Below, one piece after another: positions 6,628 to 13,722 of a stretch of 32,686 nucleotides of DNA (position 1 is its first letter; each line of letters opens with the position of its first letter). The notes beneath the pieces are model-generated. The model worked only from the letters and a program-made list of their open reading frames with translations. It was not told where the DNA came from and searched no databases. The stretch is from Bdellovibrionales bacterium (GTDB lineage Bacteria; Pseudomonadota; Alphaproteobacteria; UBA9219): NCBI GenBank assembly GCA_050252315.1, contig JBFWLD010000002.1, forward strand, positions 1 to 32,686, written 5' to 3'. The position numbers and the translations under genes were made by a program.

Positions 6628-7932
6628 TTAAGCCGAAGCTTTATCTGCCATATGGAACAGCGTCTTGAGAAAGGCGACCGTTAAAACCGCGTAAACCGCA
6701 AGATAGGCAATGAGCGTAAGACCGATCATCGGCGGCGGCACTTTGGAGGCCGCATCCGCCGTCAGCAGCAAATTCTGAACCAGCCAGGGCTGGCGTCCGA
6801 TTTCCGTTACAAACCAGCCCAGAATAGTTGCCGCCCATCCGGAAAAGGTCATGCCGACAAGAGCCTTTGCCAAGAGCGGCGTGAGGTCGCCTTTCCTCTT
6901 AAGCGTCCATGCGGCCAACCAGGATGTCAAAAACATCAAACCGCCAAGCCCAACCATCAAACGAAACGACCAGAAAACCGGGGCTACTGGTGGGTGACGG
7001 TCTTTGAACTCGTCGAGGCCTTTGAGTTCGCCGTCCAACTCGTGCGTCAGGATCAGGCTCGACACGTTCGGGACTTCGATGGCAAATTTGTTGGAGCGGC
7101 TTTCTTCATCCGGCCAGCCAAACAAAACCAGCGGCGCGCCTTTGGTTGTTTGCCAGAGCCCTTCCATAGCCGCGACTTTTTGCGGTTGGTGTTCCAGCGT
7201 GTTGATCCCGTGCGCATCGCCAACCAAGACTTGGATCGGGATCAGCAGAGCCGCAAGATACACGCCGGTTCTGAGCGCGTTCATCACAGCCTCGCCTCGA
7301 TCCTTACGCAACCACCGATAAGCGGAAATACCTGCCACCAAAAACGAAGCTGTCAGCCCCGATGCCAACAGCATATGCGTCAGCCGGTACGGCATGGAGG
7401 GGTTCCACAAAATAGCGAACCAATCCGTTGCATGGGCCTGACCATTAATCATTTCATATCCGACCGGCGTTTGCATCCAACTGTCTAGACACAAAATCCA
7501 ATAAGAGGAAACGGTCGTACCTGCGGCGACAAGGAATGTCGATAGGCTATGGACAAAAGACGATACACGCTTAAAGCCGAAAAGCATGATGCCCAAAAAC
7601 GTGGCTTCGAGGAAAAAGGCGGTTAAAACTTCGTACCCCAGCAACGGTCCGGCGATATTTCCCACCGTATTCATGAACCCCGGCCAGTTCGTTCCGAACT
7701 GAAACGACATGGTGATCCCGGACACGACCCCCAACGCAAAACACAGCGCAAAAATCTTCGTCCAGAAAAAATACGACTCCATCCACGCTTCATTTCGCGT
7801 TTTAACGTAACGACGTTTGAAATAAAACAGGATCCATCCCAAAGCAATCGTCGTGGATGGAAAAACAATGTGAAAGGTAATATTCGCGGCAAACTGTATG
7901 CGCGCCAAAAGCACAGGATCAAGGTCGAACAT
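6628..7932 (-). CDS. cydA: Cytochrome bd-type quinol oxidase subunit I, short Q-loop (cyanide-insensitive-oxidase-like), 434 aa
   Basis: The N-terminus LARIQFAANITFHIVFPSTTIALGW and the segments GYEVLTAFFLEATFLG and EIGRQPW are typical of CydA. At 434 aa it is well short of the long-Q-loop type. The SD is gggggaatcATG. Confidence 0.9.
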   Translation of the reverse strand: MFDLDPVLLARIQFAANITFHIVFPSTTIALGWILFYFKRRYVKTRNEAWMESYFFWTKIFALCFALGVVSGITMSFQFGTNWPGFMNTVGNIAGPLLGYEVLTAFFLEATFLGIMLFGFKRVSSFVHSLSTFLVAAGTTVSSYWILCLDSWMQTPVGYEMINGQAHATDWFAILWNPSMPYRLTHMLLASGLTASFLVAGISAYRWLRKDRGEAVMNALRTGVYLAALLIPIQVLVGDAHGINTLEHQPQKVAAMEGLWQTTKGAPLVLFGWPDEESRSNKFAIEVPNVSSLILTHELDGELKGLDEFKDRHPPVAPVFWSFRLMVGLGGLMFLTSWLAAWTLKRKGDLTPLLAKALVGMTFSGWAATILGWFVTEIGRQPWLVQNLLLTADAASKVPPPMIGLTLIAYLAVYAVLTVAFLKTLFHMADKASA

Positions 7933-7947
7933 GATTCCCCCAATAAC

Positions 7948-7980
7948 ATAAGGATGAATTCCTTATGCAAAGGAATCCTT
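7948..7980. promoter_or_regulatory. Two adjacent palindromes sharing AAGGA/TCCTT half-sites, in the cydA/luxI divergent intergenic region
   Basis: ATAAGGA-TGAAT-TCCTTAT (7948-7966) and AAGGA-A-TCCTT (7970-7980). They sit 16-48 nt upstream of the cydA start codon. No known regulator consensus was recognised; they do not match the FNR/Anr box TTGAT-N4-ATCAA. Confidence 0.3.
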
Positions 7981-8058
7981 ACTTTGTCGTTAAACTAAAA
8001 ATACATACCATTGCACCAAACGTTACATTTGCGTTTATTATGAATACGTTAGCTATCC

Positions 8059-8074
8059 CTACGACTATTCGTAG
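8059..8074. promoter_or_regulatory. Candidate lux-box-like operator upstream of the AHL synthase gene
   Basis: CTACGA-CTAT-TCGTAG is a perfect 6-4-6 palindrome that fits the minimal CT-N12-AG pattern of LuxR-type boxes. It is centred about 66 nt upstream of the synthase ATG. A possible -10 (ctaatt) lies near 8098. Confidence 0.35.
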
Positions 8075-8132
8075 CTATGACAACAGACTCATTTCTCCTA
8101 ATTTCCTCTCATGGTTTTTGGGAGGTGTAGGT

Positions 8133-8780
8133 ATGCTATACGCAATAAATATAGAAAATGCGCATGAATACGGCGATGCGATGGCTCAACTCTATCGACT
8201 ACGTTTCAGACAATTCAAGGAACGCCAGAGTTACGCCGTTCCCGTTTATAAAGGTATGGAATACGATCAATACGATACGCTGGCGACCGTCAATCTGGTT
8301 TGGATTGACGAAGACGGCATCGTTCGTGGCAGCTCTCGACTTAATCCGACGGATCGCCCTTATATGCTGGCTGACCTTTGGCCGCAAATGTCCGATCAGC
8401 CCTTGCCGCATGACTCACGCATCTGGGAAGGAACGCGTATCTGCATCGAAAAAAACCTGTCCGGCGAGCTGCGCGAACGCATTAAATGGGAAATCATTCT
8501 GGGCTATTTGGAATTCGGCCTTGCCAACGGTATCGAAAAATATATTGGCGTGATGATGAATTATATCTGGCGGCGCGTTTTTATCCAATCCGGATGGGGC
8601 GCGGATTATTTGGGTGAAGAGCGGCTCATCGACGGTCTGAAAACTCGCGCCGGTCAAGTATTCGTTTCTCAGGAAGCTTTGTACCGCGTTCGGCAGACAA
8701 CGGGGATTACCTCGCCCGTTCTCCAAAACATGCTGCGCGTTGAGCTGGACTCCGAAACCACCGAAGCCTTGGCTTCCTAA
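8133..8780 (+). CDS. LuxI-family acyl-homoserine-lactone synthase, 215 aa
   Basis: Autoinducer-synthase signatures are present: LYRLRFRQF, EYDQYD, RGSSRLNPT and WEGTRICI. The start was set at the ATG at 8133, preceded by gggaggtg (SD). The longer track ORF starting at 7965 is not supported. Confidence 0.85.
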   Translation: MLYAINIENAHEYGDAMAQLYRLRFRQFKERQSYAVPVYKGMEYDQYDTLATVNLVWIDEDGIVRGSSRLNPTDRPYMLADLWPQMSDQPLPHDSRIWEGTRICIEKNLSGELRERIKWEIILGYLEFGLANGIEKYIGVMMNYIWRRVFIQSGWGADYLGEERLIDGLKTRAGQVFVSQEALYRVRQTTGITSPVLQNMLRVELDSETTEALAS

Positions 8781-8812
8781 GCTTTCAGGATTACGACCCT
8801 CATGAGAAGAAA

Positions 8813-9139
8813 ATGAATACCCCAAAAAGAATAAGCAAAAAAATTAACGCAGGCACACATCAACTCTTACTACGCCTTGAGCCTTGTCTTTGGAATGATT
8901 TGGAGGAAATCGCACGCAGAGAGGCCCTATCTGAAGATGATTTATGGACACGGATATGGCAAGCTAAACCTCCCAAGACGTCTATCGCTCAGGCGGCGCG
9001 CGTTTTTATTGTCGATTATTTCCGCCATGAATATATCAAAAGATGCGGCCATGGCGGTAAGGCTAAGATTGAGCCCTGTATGTCGGGGCAACTTTACGAG
9101 CCTGACGAGCCCGCTATTATCTGGACGACCGACGAATAA
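8813..9139 (+). CDS. Ribbon-helix-helix (RHH_4-like) small protein, 108 aa, between the QS synthase and receptor genes
   Basis: The core LLLRLEPCLWNDLEEIARREALSEDDLWTRIWQ...SIAQAARVFIVDYF follows the pattern I recall for the alphaproteobacterial RHH_4 family. That pattern is a beta-strand, then FW..L..IA...G.S...L, then a C-terminal A.R.F.L.YY-like helix. The ORF starts 32 nt after the luxI-type stop, and its last 23 nt overlap the convergent luxR-type gene. Confidence 0.6.
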   Translation: MNTPKRISKKINAGTHQLLLRLEPCLWNDLEEIARREALSEDDLWTRIWQAKPPKTSIAQAARVFIVDYFRHEYIKRCGHGGKAKIEPCMSGQLYEPDEPAIIWTTDE

Positions 9140-9893
9140 ACACCGCCTCATCCAAGCCCAGAATCCCGCTGTTTACCGCCCGCATTACCGCATACATTCG
9201 ATTGGGCGCGTTAAACTTTTTAAGGATATTGCGTACATGAAAATCTACGGCGTGGCGGCTCATGTTCATATCATGTGCGATGCAATCGTCTTTTTTCGCG
9301 CGAGCCATGTGACGGATAACTTCTATCTCGCGGCTGGTTAAAACCACGCGATAGTCATCCATGCCTTTACGTTTGTCATGCACCGCGCAAAACACAACGT
9401 AAAATTGCTGCGCAATCGCATTAAAAAGCCCTAGCTTATAACGGACGTCTTCCGGTTTGTCGGACGCATCATTCGTACTGTTCGCAACGCCGATGCCGCC
9501 CAGTTCTCCCGTCAGCCCGCGCAGGCATACTGCCGCGCCATTGTAAAACCCTGACTCACAACATTCATGCATGCAGATTTTTTGCTGGGGCGTAAGATCC
9601 ATAACTAACGGCAAGGCGTCCCAGATAAACGGCCCCACATGACGAAAACCAAAACGTCGCACAGGGTCGATATACTCATATCCCTTTTCAACATAATGTT
9701 TCATCCACCCGTCCGGGTAATTACGCATTACCCCGTGCCCTTCCCTTAGCCCCAAGCTGGGGTGGTCCGACATGAGGCTAAACAAAACACGATCGTAGCC
9801 GCAGACGTCAAAAAGGGCTTGCTCAAGCAAGGTATAGAGTTCTTCTGCGCTCTTCGCCTCGTTTGAGCTAGAAATGAACTGGGTCAGATCCAT
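9117..9893 (-). CDS. LuxR-family AHL-responsive transcriptional regulator, 258 aa
   Basis: The N-terminal autoinducer-binding domain pattern is present (YPDGWMKHYVEKGYEYIDPV...GPFIWD). The C-terminal GerE/LuxR HTH is present (LTSREIEVIRHMARAKKDDCIAHDMNMSRHAVDFHVRNILKKF). The first ATG is at 9893; the track ORF begins earlier at a TTG. Confidence 0.85.
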   Translation of the reverse strand: MDLTQFISSSNEAKSAEELYTLLEQALFDVCGYDRVLFSLMSDHPSLGLREGHGVMRNYPDGWMKHYVEKGYEYIDPVRRFGFRHVGPFIWDALPLVMDLTPQQKICMHECCESGFYNGAAVCLRGLTGELGGIGVANSTNDASDKPEDVRYKLGLFNAIAQQFYVVFCAVHDKRKGMDDYRVVLTSREIEVIRHMARAKKDDCIAHDMNMSRHAVDFHVRNILKKFNAPNRMYAVMRAVNSGILGLDEAVFIRRSSR

Positions 9894-10125
9894 GTGTGAA
9901 CACGATTGCTTGCAATATTTGGAATTAACGTGCTCGCAGACTAATACATTGCTATTATGATTCCAAGACAATAGTAACTATACACCCTAATACCCCTACA
10001 TTTGTATGTATTATCCTTTTTCTTATTATATCTTTGTCCCAAAGCGTAATAAAAAGATTTACATCACATAATTTGCATGGTGTTCTCCTCGGCCTACACC
10101 TGCACACAACTTGGGAATATCCACG

Positions 10126-10548
10126 ATGCTTCATCCTTTCTTGACGCGTTGCCGCCTTAATAACGTCTCTTTCTTTTCCCTTGATTTTTATCGCTTTAAA
10201 CACACGGAAGAAACGATTGTCTCTTCCGACAAAAAGCAGAAAATACAAACGCGGCCTTTATGGGTCGTTGGTATTTCTCCTTTCGACCCCGAACTATCCG
10301 AGGAATCCGGTCACATCGTCCATTTGGGCTATCCCAGATTTACAGCCCGGTGGACCCTGAACGACGAACTCATCGAACAGATCGACACGCCTGATTACTA
10401 CGATGAAGATCTCAACATGATTATCTATGACGTTATTCCTCTGGATGGTTCCGAGGGGCCTTCGGAGGAGTGGCTGCTTGAAGCGGTTTGTGCCGTCGGC
10501 TATTCACGCGGCTTGATCACCATGGCTCCTGCTATCGAAAAGCACTGA
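10126..10548 (+). CDS. Hypothetical protein, 140 aa, acidic C-terminal half
   Basis: ATG at 10126. Translation: MLHPFLTRCRLNN...RPLWVVGISPFDPELSEESGHIVHLGYPRFTARWTLNDELIEQIDTPDYYDEDLNMIIYDV... No domain was recognised. It is divergent from luxR across an AT-rich 232-nt region, and it ends 10 nt before the 3' end of tRNA-Arg. Confidence 0.5.
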   Translation: MLHPFLTRCRLNNVSFFSLDFYRFKHTEETIVSSDKKQKIQTRPLWVVGISPFDPELSEESGHIVHLGYPRFTARWTLNDELIEQIDTPDYYDEDLNMIIYDVIPLDGSEGPSEEWLLEAVCAVGYSRGLITMAPAIEKH

Positions 10549-10558
10549 TTTAGAAAAA

Positions 10559-10635
10559 TGGCGGACCCGAGACGATTCGAACGTCCGGCCTTTGCCTTCG
10601 GAGGGCAACGCTCTATCCAGCTGAGCTACGGGTCC
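10559..10635 (-). tRNA. tRNA-Arg (anticodon CCG)
   Basis: The reverse complement folds as a 77-nt cloverleaf. Acceptor GGACCCG/CGGGTCC, then TA, D-arm GCTC-AGCTGGATA-GAGC. Anticodon arm TTGCC-CTCCGAA-GGCAA (anticodon CCG). T-arm GGACG-TTCGAAT-CGTCT. Discriminator G and an encoded CCA. Confidence 0.92.
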
Positions 10636-10775
10636 GCAAGGTCGGAAAGGTCGGCACCTTAGGCGATTTTTTCCTCCGGCGCTACCCGATTTTTCATCAA
10701 AAATCGAGATACTTGGACGAAAGGCTCAAAGACGGCTATAGTAACGTAAATCCTTTAACCATAAGGTCTTGGCTT

Positions 10776-11165
10776 ATGCGCTTTTTGACTTGGCTTATCA
10801 ACCTCCCTATCTTTCTGGTCGTAATCGTTTTTGCCCTACAAAACCGCTTCCGCGTGCCTATCAGTTTTTGGCCTTTCGACCTCGAGGTCACCATTCCGGT
10901 TTCTCTTTTGGCGCTGGGGCTGCTTTTGGCTGGTTTTGTTATGGGCGGAATGGTGGGCTCCGTCCCGCTACTGCGTAGCCGCATGGAGGCGCGCAGCCTT
11001 CGTAAACAGCTCGCGGCTCTTCAAAAAAAGACCGACGAGAAAACACCTCTTTCTTCTGCACCTTCAATGCTTTACAACGGTCGCTATCCTACGATTTCTA
11101 ACACCCAAGAACCTTCGCGCCCTTCTTCTAAAAAACGACGTTGGTTCGGAAAGGATTTTTCATGA
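10776..11165 (+). CDS. LapA-like / DUF1049-type inner-membrane protein, 129 aa
   Basis: MRFLTWLINLPIFLVVIVFALQNRFRVPISFWPFDLEVTIPVSLLALGLLLAGFVMGG has two TM helices around the conserved QN...V...F motif typical of the LapA domain. The stop overlaps the pyrF ATG (ATGA). Confidence 0.7.
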   Translation: MRFLTWLINLPIFLVVIVFALQNRFRVPISFWPFDLEVTIPVSLLALGLLLAGFVMGGMVGSVPLLRSRMEARSLRKQLAALQKKTDEKTPLSSAPSMLYNGRYPTISNTQEPSRPSSKKRRWFGKDFS

Positions 11166-11863
11166 CCCGCCAAAGCCCCATTTTTTGCGCTATTGACACA
11201 CCAGACGCTATCCAAGCCGTTTCGCTGGCCTCTCATTTGAAAGGCTGTGTTGGCGGTCTCAAGTTCGGGCTGGAATATGTTATGTCGAACGGGCCTCAGG
11301 GCGTGGTGCCTTTTAAAGGGTTCGGGATGGACATTTTTCTGGATGTTAAACTGCACGATATTCCCAATACGGTCGCGGGCGCTATTTCGTCGTTGTTGCC
11401 GATCGAACCGGATTTTATCACGATCCACACCAGCGGCGGGCCAGCCATGATGCAGGCTGCCGCCGAGGCCGCAGCCAAGGCCAAGGGGAAACGGCCTAAG
11501 CTGCTCGGCGTTACGGTTTTAACCAGCCTTGACACAGAAGATCTGAAAAAAGTCGGTCAACATCCCAACACAACCGAACAAGTTGAACGTTTGGCGCTTT
11601 TGGCTAAGGACAGCGGGCTGGATGGGATTGTTTGCTCTTCTGCCGAAGTTGCGCCTTTGCGTAAGGCTCTGGGACCGGATATGGTCTTGATGGTCCCCGG
11701 CATTCGTCCGGCGTGGGCCGCTGCCAACGATCAGAAACGTATCATGACGCCACGCGACGCAATTGATGCGGGTGCGACCTATCTTGTCATCGGGCGCCCG
11801 ATCACCAAGGCCGATGATCCGACCGAAGCAGCGCGTCGTATCAACGATGAAATCTTTGCATGA
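11162..11863 (+). CDS. pyrF: Orotidine-5'-phosphate decarboxylase, 233 aa
   Basis: Signatures FCAIDTPD, LKFGLE, IFLDVKLHDIPNTV and LVIGRPIT are present. The ATG at 11162 overlaps the upstream stop. Confidence 0.9.
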   Translation: MTRQSPIFCAIDTPDAIQAVSLASHLKGCVGGLKFGLEYVMSNGPQGVVPFKGFGMDIFLDVKLHDIPNTVAGAISSLLPIEPDFITIHTSGGPAMMQAAAEAAAKAKGKRPKLLGVTVLTSLDTEDLKKVGQHPNTTEQVERLALLAKDSGLDGIVCSSAEVAPLRKALGPDMVLMVPGIRPAWAAANDQKRIMTPRDAIDAGATYLVIGRPITKADDPTEAARRINDEIFA

Positions 11864-12546
11864 GCGTTGCCGCCAAAATATGCGGCATAACCGATCGGGA
11901 GGCTTTACACGCCGCTATTGAAAGCGGAGCCTCTCTGATCGGATTTGGTTTCGTGCCTGCCTCCAAACGTTTTATCGAACCGGCACAGGCCAAGGCGCTT
12001 TTGATGCGTTTGCCGCATCCGGCGTTATGTCGTTTTGTCAAAGCGCCGCCGACTGCCGGAACCAACGAAATCGTTCTTACGGCCTTGTTTGTCGATCCGA
12101 AGGATACGGAAATTGACGCGGTCGTCGAGGCTTTATCGCCTTTTCTCGGACTGATCCAACTGCATGGTGCCGAAACGCCCGAACGCGTCGCCACTATCCG
12201 AGAACGGACCGGACTTCCCGTCATGAAGGCCATTGCGGTTGCGGACGAAAAAGATTTGCAGAAAGTTCCGGCGTATGAGGATGTTGCCGACTTGCTGCTG
12301 TTCGACGCCAAGCTTCCCGACGGCTCCAGCGGTGGGGCGGGCGTGAGTTTCGATTGGACCTTGCTGACCGGAAGAAAGTGGAAACGACCGTGGCTGCTGG
12401 CTGGTGGGCTGTGTCTTAAAAATGTCGTTCAGGCGGTTCAGAAATCCGGGGCGGACTTTGTGGATGTCTCCACCGGCGTGGAAACCGACGGCAAAAAGGA
12501 CCCGCTTAAGATCAGCGCTTTCATACAGGTTTGCCATGAACTCTGA
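11860..12546 (+). CDS. trpF: N-(5'-phosphoribosyl)anthranilate isomerase, 228 aa
   Basis: Signatures KICGIT, LIGFGFVPASKRFI, IQLHG, FDWTLL, LAGGL and VDVSTGVE are present. The ATG overlaps the pyrF stop (ATGA). Confidence 0.88.
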   Translation: MSVAAKICGITDREALHAAIESGASLIGFGFVPASKRFIEPAQAKALLMRLPHPALCRFVKAPPTAGTNEIVLTALFVDPKDTEIDAVVEALSPFLGLIQLHGAETPERVATIRERTGLPVMKAIAVADEKDLQKVPAYEDVADLLLFDAKLPDGSSGGAGVSFDWTLLTGRKWKRPWLLAGGLCLKNVVQAVQKSGADFVDVSTGVETDGKKDPLKISAFIQVCHEL

Positions 12547-13711
12547 CGCGCAGCGTTCGGCTTTTGTCCGGACCTATATTCTTCCTTTTTTGGATATGCG
12601 CCGGAACCTTGTTTTCCTCGGCACCTTTTTAGGGTTGTTCGGCTATAATCTGGTCCTCACCGTTTCAACCTATGATCTTGCTTCCGCCGGATATTGGGAT
12701 ATTCTTGCCTATTTTGCGGGAGCCTTCATCCTGACAGGTTTTGTTTACTGGCCTCTGCTTTACATGGGGTTCAGCGCACTTGACGGCGTAGCATGGCGAG
12801 CGTTTATCTTTTTGACGCAACTCCTTTCCATGCTGGCCTATATTTATATAAGCGTGGGTCCGGTTCTTCTGGGACTAATCAGCGGCGTTTTGTTAGCGCC
12901 GTTTTGGTGCGTTCATCACATAGCCATGGTTCAAAACACCAGCAAGGAAAATCGCGGCTATGAAGTGACGTTGAGCATGCTGATTACTACAGGCGCAGCG
13001 GTTATCGCTTCGGCTTTAAGCGGCTATTATCTGGAAATTCAAAACGAAAGCATGGCCAATGGGCTGGCTTTGGCAGGCATGGCGCTCGGCACCTTGTGTC
13101 TTTTACTCGCCTCTAAAATCATTCGTCAGCACAGCATGCGCGCCTTTATCGGCGAATGCCGACGTATCATCAAGCTCAATCCCTATATGGCGCGTCGCAT
13201 CCTGTCGCAAAGCGTTTACGACATTCCCAGCCTGACCATCGCTAGTCTGATGTATCTGATGGGCCTTTCGCCGACGATTATGGCGACCGTATTTATCGCG
13301 CGGCTTGCCGTGATGTTTGTAATTTCGCCTTTCATTGGGACCGTAGCCCACACCTATCGTCGTCATGCTTATGCGATCGGCCTTGCTCTTATTGGAGTGG
13401 CGTGGGTTCTGCTGGCCTGTGCGCCGCCGAACGGAATTACTTTTTTTGCCTTTATTATGCTATACGGTATCGGCCTTCGCTTTGCCAACAGCAGCTTGAT
13501 GACCGGTCTTTATGAAATGCAAAGTTATGCCTCTATGCTCTGGACCGAAACTTTTTGGGCAATCGGACGCATCGGCGGCCTTTTTGCGCTGACGCCGCTT
13601 ATGTTCTATAATACCTATCTCTATCTTTTCGTTCTTGTCGGCTTAACCGGCCTTATCTTCGTTCTTAACCGCAAGTGGCAACAAACCTATATCAACGCCC
13701 AAGCCATGTAA
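12536..13711 (+). CDS. MFS-like polytopic transporter, 391 aa; paralogue of 16579-17736
   Basis: About 12 hydrophobic helices. The ATG at 12536 overlaps the trpF 3' end by 11 nt. It shares the loop motif NTSKENRGYEVTLS with the other MFS-like ORF (NRTTDNQGNETALS) at an equivalent position. Confidence 0.7.
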   Translation: MNSDAQRSAFVRTYILPFLDMRRNLVFLGTFLGLFGYNLVLTVSTYDLASAGYWDILAYFAGAFILTGFVYWPLLYMGFSALDGVAWRAFIFLTQLLSMLAYIYISVGPVLLGLISGVLLAPFWCVHHIAMVQNTSKENRGYEVTLSMLITTGAAVIASALSGYYLEIQNESMANGLALAGMALGTLCLLLASKIIRQHSMRAFIGECRRIIKLNPYMARRILSQSVYDIPSLTIASLMYLMGLSPTIMATVFIARLAVMFVISPFIGTVAHTYRRHAYAIGLALIGVAWVLLACAPPNGITFFAFIMLYGIGLRFANSSLMTGLYEMQSYASMLWTETFWAIGRIGGLFALTPLMFYNTYLYLFVLVGLTGLIFVLNRKWQQTYINAQAM

Positions 13712-13722
13712 GGAAAACACCT

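Noticed and set aside
7965-8132. The N-terminal 56-codon extension of the luxI-type ORF in the track (start at 7965). Similar upstream extensions appear for pmbA (3602), luxR (9971), the lapA-like gene (10713), pyrF (11141), the MFS genes (12404, 17829), mbfA (13675) and the 3-TM protein (14559).
   Set aside because: The extensions lack SD sequences, overlap upstream genes or begin at non-ATG codons. Internal ATGs with good SDs give N-termini that match the expected family lengths.
7933-10635. A genomic island integrated at tRNA-Arg.
   Set aside because: The only support is compositional bias and position next to the tRNA 3' end. There is no integrase, and I could find no direct repeat of the tRNA 3' end by eye. 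It is kept as a low-weight idea inside a finding, not called as a mobile element.
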